Origin: a virus
Lineage: Duplodnaviria; Caudoviricetes
Virus record (IMG/VR): IMGVR_UViG_3300005663_000063
Span: 1-50,596 of that record
Length of the DNA: 50,596 nt
Reading direction: 5' to 3' (one strand)
Part shown: positions 46,305-50,596 of the stretch, one piece after another
Layout of the letters: each line of letters begins with the position of its first letter
Position numbering within the stretch: the first letter of the stretch is position 1
Position numbers and translations under genes: made by a program
The notes under the pieces: generated by a model
Database searches by the model: none
What the model was told of the DNA's origin: nothing
What the model saw: the letters and a program-made list of their open reading frames with translations, nothing else

Positions 46305-47894
46305 ATGAATAAATTAGCTATTCTTGTAACAGGAACATATAGAGAGATAGACTTCCTGTTGGATGTCTTTCCACAGATAACTAAAGGGATAGACCACGAC
46401 ATTTATGTTGTTTTAAGGCATACCGCTGGAGAGTTAAGTAGGCTTGGGTTAAAGGAACAGGACTTCACCCTTCCGAAAGGTGGGGATAATGTCTTTATGT
46501 GTGAGTTACCCAGTATGGATAAAGATGAAGCCCACTCTCGTTACCTGATACCAGTTGGGCCGACAGATAACGATAGGGAATGTGCTATGCTCAGTATGTT
46601 TCATGGAGTGTTCACTGCCATCTCTATGATGAAAGCCTCTCTTAGAAATTACACCTATGTTATGAAGACACGGACAGATTATCTCCCCCCAATGTCTATA
46701 CCTGAGATGATTGAGGCTCACACAAAGACGGGGAAGATTATCGTTGATGGGTGTGCTAACTGGCACCATCGCTACCCCGATAGGGGCGATATTCATTGGC
46801 AAGGTTCGTTGAATGATATATTTTGCTTTACCACCTATGATGGGTTTCTTAAACTGTGGGATTTTGAGGACGAACTCAGCAAGTATTGGACAGGCATACC
46901 AGAAACGACTCTATTCAGGGTGGCTATGAAAAGGTTTCTGGGTGATGAGATGCAGTCCCCTCGCAAGAACGAGACTTTCCTGAAGAAGTATTTTACTTGG
47001 GATGATAATGATACCAAGCAATCCTTCCACGTTCTAAGAAGAAAAGGGGATGGGTTGCCCAAGATGGGTGAGGCAACCTTTTTCAAGGGGGATGAGGTTG
47101 TTAAATACTTCGTCGATAAAGAGAAGGTTAAGGGTAGAGTAGAACGTGCTATACTATTGAGCGGGTTTGTCCCTGAACCAGTAAAAGTATCGGATAACTT
47201 TTTTACCTACAAGTATGTAGGGGGGAAGTTGCTTTCAGATACGGATGTGGATACCTTTACCGAGTTCCTTGAGTTTATGAAGAGGAATATATGGGTTGGC
47301 AATTACCACAGTATCAGGAAAGCCTGTGAAGAGTTTTACATTACTAAGACAGATGAGCGCATTAAATTATTTAGGGAAAAGACTGGGATTATAGATAAAA
47401 AGGAGGATATTAACGGTGTAGAAGTACCCTCCATAGAAGATACGCTGGAAAACATAGATTTGAAGTGGCTGTGTGATGGGATACCCGCCATCATACACGG
47501 AGACCCACAACCAGAGAATGTGATTGTAACTGAGGATGGGTTTTCTCTACTAGATTGGCGTGAGGACTTTGGGGGACTACCCTATGGTGATGTCTATTAT
47601 GATTTAGCCAAGATTTACCACGCCCTCTGGGTAGCAGGGGAGATAATCCGCCAAGAGAGATACACTATTAAGGAAGACCCCATAGAATATACCATAGATT
47701 TCAAAGATAACCTAATGGAGTTCAAGGATGTGATGGAGAAGTTTATCGCAGATAATGGATATGACCTATACAAAGTTAAAGTCTTATCAGCACTCATTTA
47801 TCTAAACATAGCACCCTTACATCACGAACCTTACAATAAATTCCTTTACTACTTTGGGAAGAAATATCTTTATGAGTTACTGGAGGAGAAATGA
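46305..47894 (+). CDS. Fusion of an N-terminal GT-like domain and a C-terminal APH/choline kinase-like phosphotransferase
   Basis: LAILVTG..R and YVMKTRTDY in the N-half; IHGDPQPEN, LLDWR, GDVYYDLAK in the C-half. Confidence 0.72.
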   Translation: MNKLAILVTGTYREIDFLLDVFPQITKGIDHDIYVVLRHTAGELSRLGLKEQDFTLPKGGDNVFMCELPSMDKDEAHSRYLIPVGPTDNDRECAMLSMFHGVFTAISMMKASLRNYTYVMKTRTDYLPPMSIPEMIEAHTKTGKIIVDGCANWHHRYPDRGDIHWQGSLNDIFCFTTYDGFLKLWDFEDELSKYWTGIPETTLFRVAMKRFLGDEMQSPRKNETFLKKYFTWDDNDTKQSFHVLRRKGDGLPKMGEATFFKGDEVVKYFVDKEKVKGRVERAILLSGFVPEPVKVSDNFFTYKYVGGKLLSDTDVDTFTEFLEFMKRNIWVGNYHSIRKACEEFYITKTDERIKLFREKTGIIDKKEDINGVEVPSIEDTLENIDLKWLCDGIPAIIHGDPQPENVIVTEDGFSLLDWREDFGGLPYGDVYYDLAKIYHALWVAGEIIRQERYTIKEDPIEYTIDFKDNLMEFKDVMEKFIADNGYDLYKVKVLSALIYLNIAPLHHEPYNKFLYYFGKKYLYELLEEK

Positions 47895-48124
47895 GGGAAA
47901 TGAACCATCGGCGTTTAGGAAGGCTTGTGCTAGTTGTTACCTTGATTGGTTTCTTTTGCTGGCTTGGTAATATCTGGGTCAACAAACTAGAACCAGATAT
48001 TACATTAGCGCAGGAGATATTGGGCAGTATTGTTTTTGGTACGACGATAGCATTTGCGACCACCCTTTTGATAAGTGTACTTTACATCCTCTATGATTGG
48101 CTATACTCCAAGGAGGAGAAATGA
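47891..48124 (+). CDS. Small two-TM membrane protein
   Basis: Two hydrophobic helices; ATGA-coupled at both ends. Confidence 0.65.
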   Translation: MREMNHRRLGRLVLVVTLIGFFCWLGNIWVNKLEPDITLAQEILGSIVFGTTIAFATTLLISVLYILYDWLYSKEEK

Positions 48125-48630
48125 AATTGGATTATTCTCAAGAGTTAGCCTCATGTTGTGGAAATGAAACTGAAATGAAAACATTTGTAATAGATGTAGA
48201 TGGTTGTATGACTGATGGGAGGATGTACTACACCGCAGAAGGTAAGCAGATGAAAGCCTTTGGAGCTGATGACCACGATGCGCTGAATATGTTAAAGGAG
48301 TTTATTAAGATACACTTTGTCACTGGCGACCATATAGGATTTGACATTTCTGCAAGGCGTATTGCCACAGATATGGATTTTAATATATGGCTAGTAGAGG
48401 TGGAAAACCGCACCAACTGGATAAAGGAAAATTTTGGCTTATCAAAAACAATCTATATGGGCGATGGCATACTTGACCCACCTATCTTTGAGAAGGTAGG
48501 GTATAGTATCTGTCCTGCTGATGGGTTTTATCTGGCCAGAGAAAAGGCTGACTTTGTAACACAATCAGGGGGAGGACACCGTGCCGTAGCAGAAGCCTGT
48601 ATGCACATTAAGGAGAAGTTCTTTGTATAA
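48121..48630 (+). CDS. KdsC-like HAD sugar-phosphate phosphatase
   Basis: IDVDGCMTDG, K.F...D, YMGDG..D, GG..AVAE. Confidence 0.88.
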   Translation: MKLDYSQELASCCGNETEMKTFVIDVDGCMTDGRMYYTAEGKQMKAFGADDHDALNMLKEFIKIHFVTGDHIGFDISARRIATDMDFNIWLVEVENRTNWIKENFGLSKTIYMGDGILDPPIFEKVGYSICPADGFYLAREKADFVTQSGGGHRAVAEACMHIKEKFFV

Positions 48631-49303
48631 AGTATGTATCCTGACAGCGGGTATGGGAACACGGAATAAGTATGCCAAGGATACTAATAAAGCTTGTCTT
48701 CCCATAGGGGGTAAGCCTGCCATCTCCCGTATGATTGATAAATTCCCAGAAGATGTTGAAATTGTTATCGCAGTTGGGCATAAGGCGGAGTTGGTAATAA
48801 ATGTTGTGATGTCCTCATACCTCGGTAGACCTAACCTAATATATATGCACGTTAATTATCAGGGGGAAGGTAGGGGTCCAGGATATTCGTTACTTCAATG
48901 TAGACCCTTCCTGCAATGCCCGTTTATTTACACTTGTTGCGATACTCTTGTTCTTGAGGATATTCCCGAACCAAAGGTGAACTGGATGGGGGTATCTCTC
49001 GTAACAGAGAAATTACCCTATCTAACCGCTGATGTTGAAGATGGATTGATAAATAAAGTTTATGATAAGGGGGATAAAAATGCTACATATCTAGCTTCTA
49101 TAGGTCTGGTCGGAGTAAGGGACTATAAAGCCTTCTGGGAAGGATTAGCTAACCCGACAATAGTTGAGGGAGAACACCAGGACACTTCGGGAATAAACGC
49201 CCTTATTCCCTTATACCCAGAATACTTTACTTGGTTTGATACAGGAAGTACGGAGGGTTATGAAAATGCAAACAGATACTTTAGTAAACAGATACCTAAA
49301 TGA
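48623..49303 (+). CDS. Sugar-phosphate nucleotidyltransferase
   Basis: ILTAGMGTR......NKACLPI, CCD, WFDTG. Confidence 0.88.
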   Translation: MYKVCILTAGMGTRNKYAKDTNKACLPIGGKPAISRMIDKFPEDVEIVIAVGHKAELVINVVMSSYLGRPNLIYMHVNYQGEGRGPGYSLLQCRPFLQCPFIYTCCDTLVLEDIPEPKVNWMGVSLVTEKLPYLTADVEDGLINKVYDKGDKNATYLASIGLVGVRDYKAFWEGLANPTIVEGEHQDTSGINALIPLYPEYFTWFDTGSTEGYENANRYFSKQIPK

Positions 49304-49898
49304 ACACGTAAGTATAGCACAAGGGTTTCCTGTCCTTGATGTGATTGAATTTTTTGATTTGGTAGAAAACACATATAAGATGAACGGTGAGGTGTTTGTC
49401 TTTGGGAATGGTGGTGGGGCAAGTATAGCTGAACACTTTGCTAGTGACTTAAAGATGCACCCATTTGTATCTGATGACAAGCACAAGCCGACAGATACTC
49501 ATAGGTTGAGGGTTCACTGCCTCAATGAGTCTAATGGGATAATCACACGCATAGGTAATGATATTGGGTACTATCACATCTTTATTGAGCAACTTAAAAA
49601 CTATGACCTTAATGAGCTTGCCTTAGTAGTAGCTTTCTCTGGGAGTGGTAATTCCCTCAATATTATTAAGGCTCTTCAGTATGCAAATGATTGTGATGCC
49701 ATAACTGTCCTTATCGGCGGGCGTGACGGTGGGAAGGCTAAAGACTTAGCTGACCTTTGTATCTTAATCCCAGGCACTTCTAAGTTCCCAGGTCAGGTTG
49801 GAGCTAACGATAACTGTTTCCACATTGAGGACTTTCAGTGTAGTATAACCCATATAGTAACAGGTCTATTAAAGGAGGCAGTAGATGAGGGAAATTGA
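49236..49898 (+). CDS. SIS-domain phosphosugar isomerase, GmhA-like
   Basis: FGNGGGASIAEHFASD, GND.GY..IF, SGSGNS.N, DGGK, IED. Confidence 0.88.
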   Translation: MIQEVRRVMKMQTDTLVNRYLNEHVSIAQGFPVLDVIEFFDLVENTYKMNGEVFVFGNGGGASIAEHFASDLKMHPFVSDDKHKPTDTHRLRVHCLNESNGIITRIGNDIGYYHIFIEQLKNYDLNELALVVAFSGSGNSLNIIKALQYANDCDAITVLIGGRDGGKAKDLADLCILIPGTSKFPGQVGANDNCFHIEDFQCSITHIVTGLLKEAVDEGN

Positions 49899-50538
49899 AT
49901 TAGTTACCCCACTGCACAAGCAGACAAAGAGAAACTATCTAGCTAGAATGAATGACGACAAGGTTCACTGTATGCTCAAGGCTAAAGAGTATGGGTATGA
50001 TTACTGGGATGGGGACCGAAGATACGGATATGGAGGGTATAAATATGATGGAAGATGGAAACCAATCGCTGAAAAACTTATTGAGACATATGGACTTAAG
50101 TTTGGAGACTTGGTTTTGGATGCTGGGTGTGGGAAAGGGCATCTCTTATACGAGCTTCAAGAACTGGGTATGCGAGTTAAAGGGTTTGATATTTCTCACC
50201 ATGCGTTAGTAAACGCCCCCGCAGAAGTTCGGACTTCTGTAGGCATTATGAAGGCACAAGACTATTATCCTTGTCCCGACAAATACTATGATTTAGTAAT
50301 CTCTCTGGGGTGTCTTCATAACTTGCGCATCTTCGACTTAGAAAGAGCTATTAAAGAGATAGAAAGGGTGGGCAAACAGAAGTATATTATGGTGGAGAGT
50401 TGCCGCAACGAACAGGAGTTATTTAATTTGCAATGTTGGGCTTTGACGGCGGAGTCATTCTTTGATAGGGATGAATGGGTATGGTTGTATAAACACTTTG
50501 GATATACAGGGGATTATGTATTTGTTTATTTTGAATAA
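49885..50538 (+). CDS. Class I SAM-dependent methyltransferase
   Basis: DYWDGDRRYGYGGY, VLDAGCGKG, GFDIS, DLVIS..CLHNL. Confidence 0.9.
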   Translation: MREIELVTPLHKQTKRNYLARMNDDKVHCMLKAKEYGYDYWDGDRRYGYGGYKYDGRWKPIAEKLIETYGLKFGDLVLDAGCGKGHLLYELQELGMRVKGFDISHHALVNAPAEVRTSVGIMKAQDYYPCPDKYYDLVISLGCLHNLRIFDLERAIKEIERVGKQKYIMVESCRNEQELFNLQCWALTAESFFDRDEWVWLYKHFGYTGDYVFVYFE

Positions 50539-50596
50539 GGGGGTTTTTGATGAGCGACTTTGAATATTACGGCACAAAATGGGAAGTGGGTAGACA
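50520..50596. repeat. Terminal overlap, identical to 1-77
   Basis: Exact 77-nt match with the window start. Confidence 0.97.

Larger units (their letters stand above)
1..50596. mobile_element. Complete tailed dsDNA bacteriophage genome, podovirus-like organisation
   Basis: Circular; TerS/TerL/portal/scaffold/capsid order; no tape measure or sheath gene recognised; bacterial SD sequences and TTGACA/TATAAT promoters. Confidence 0.92.

Noticed and set aside
50520-50596. 77-bp terminal repeat as a biological direct terminal repeat
   Set aside because: It falls mid-operon and its length equals a common assembler k-mer; it indicates circularity, not packaging ends
1-50596. Prophage with host flanks, archaeal virus or alternative genetic code
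   Set aside because: Circular with no integrase or host housekeeping genes; bacterial promoters and SD sequences; genes are intact in the standard code and use all three stops

Overview
The window is a complete, circularly assembled tailed bacteriophage genome of about 50.5 kb; bases 1-77 repeat exactly at 50520-50596. It has two arms diverging from sigma70-type promoters at about 32.2-32.65 kb and converging at about 4.4 kb. The minus arm carries a podovirus-like morphogenesis module: TerS, TerL, portal, internal proteins, scaffold, major capsid, duplicated decoration-like genes, and adaptor, fibre and nozzle-like genes. An RmlD-like reductase, a B12-radical SAM enzyme and a glycosyltransferase are embedded in it. 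The plus arm carries many small early genes, a RecA/DnaB-like helicase with an upstream iteron tract, NinG-like and HNH nucleases and a metallophosphoesterase. It ends in an approximately 10 kb nucleotide-sugar operon that wraps across the window ends (B12-rSAM, cupin, kinase, HAD phosphatase, nucleotidyltransferase, GmhA-like isomerase, methyltransferase, split transketolase, RfaE-like kinase, rSAM-SPASM). I recognised no integrase, DNA polymerase, endolysin, CRISPR array or canonical tRNA. Three things stand out. First, an unannotated array of five abutting tRNA-sized multi-stem RNA domains at 36527-36919. Second, the phage-encoded heptose-like sugar pathway, with some enzymes sitting among virion genes. 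Third, many small ORFs bounded by 9-22 bp direct repeats of gene-junction sequence, suggesting cassette-like gene insertion. All protein calls come from motif recognition by eye, not from database searches.
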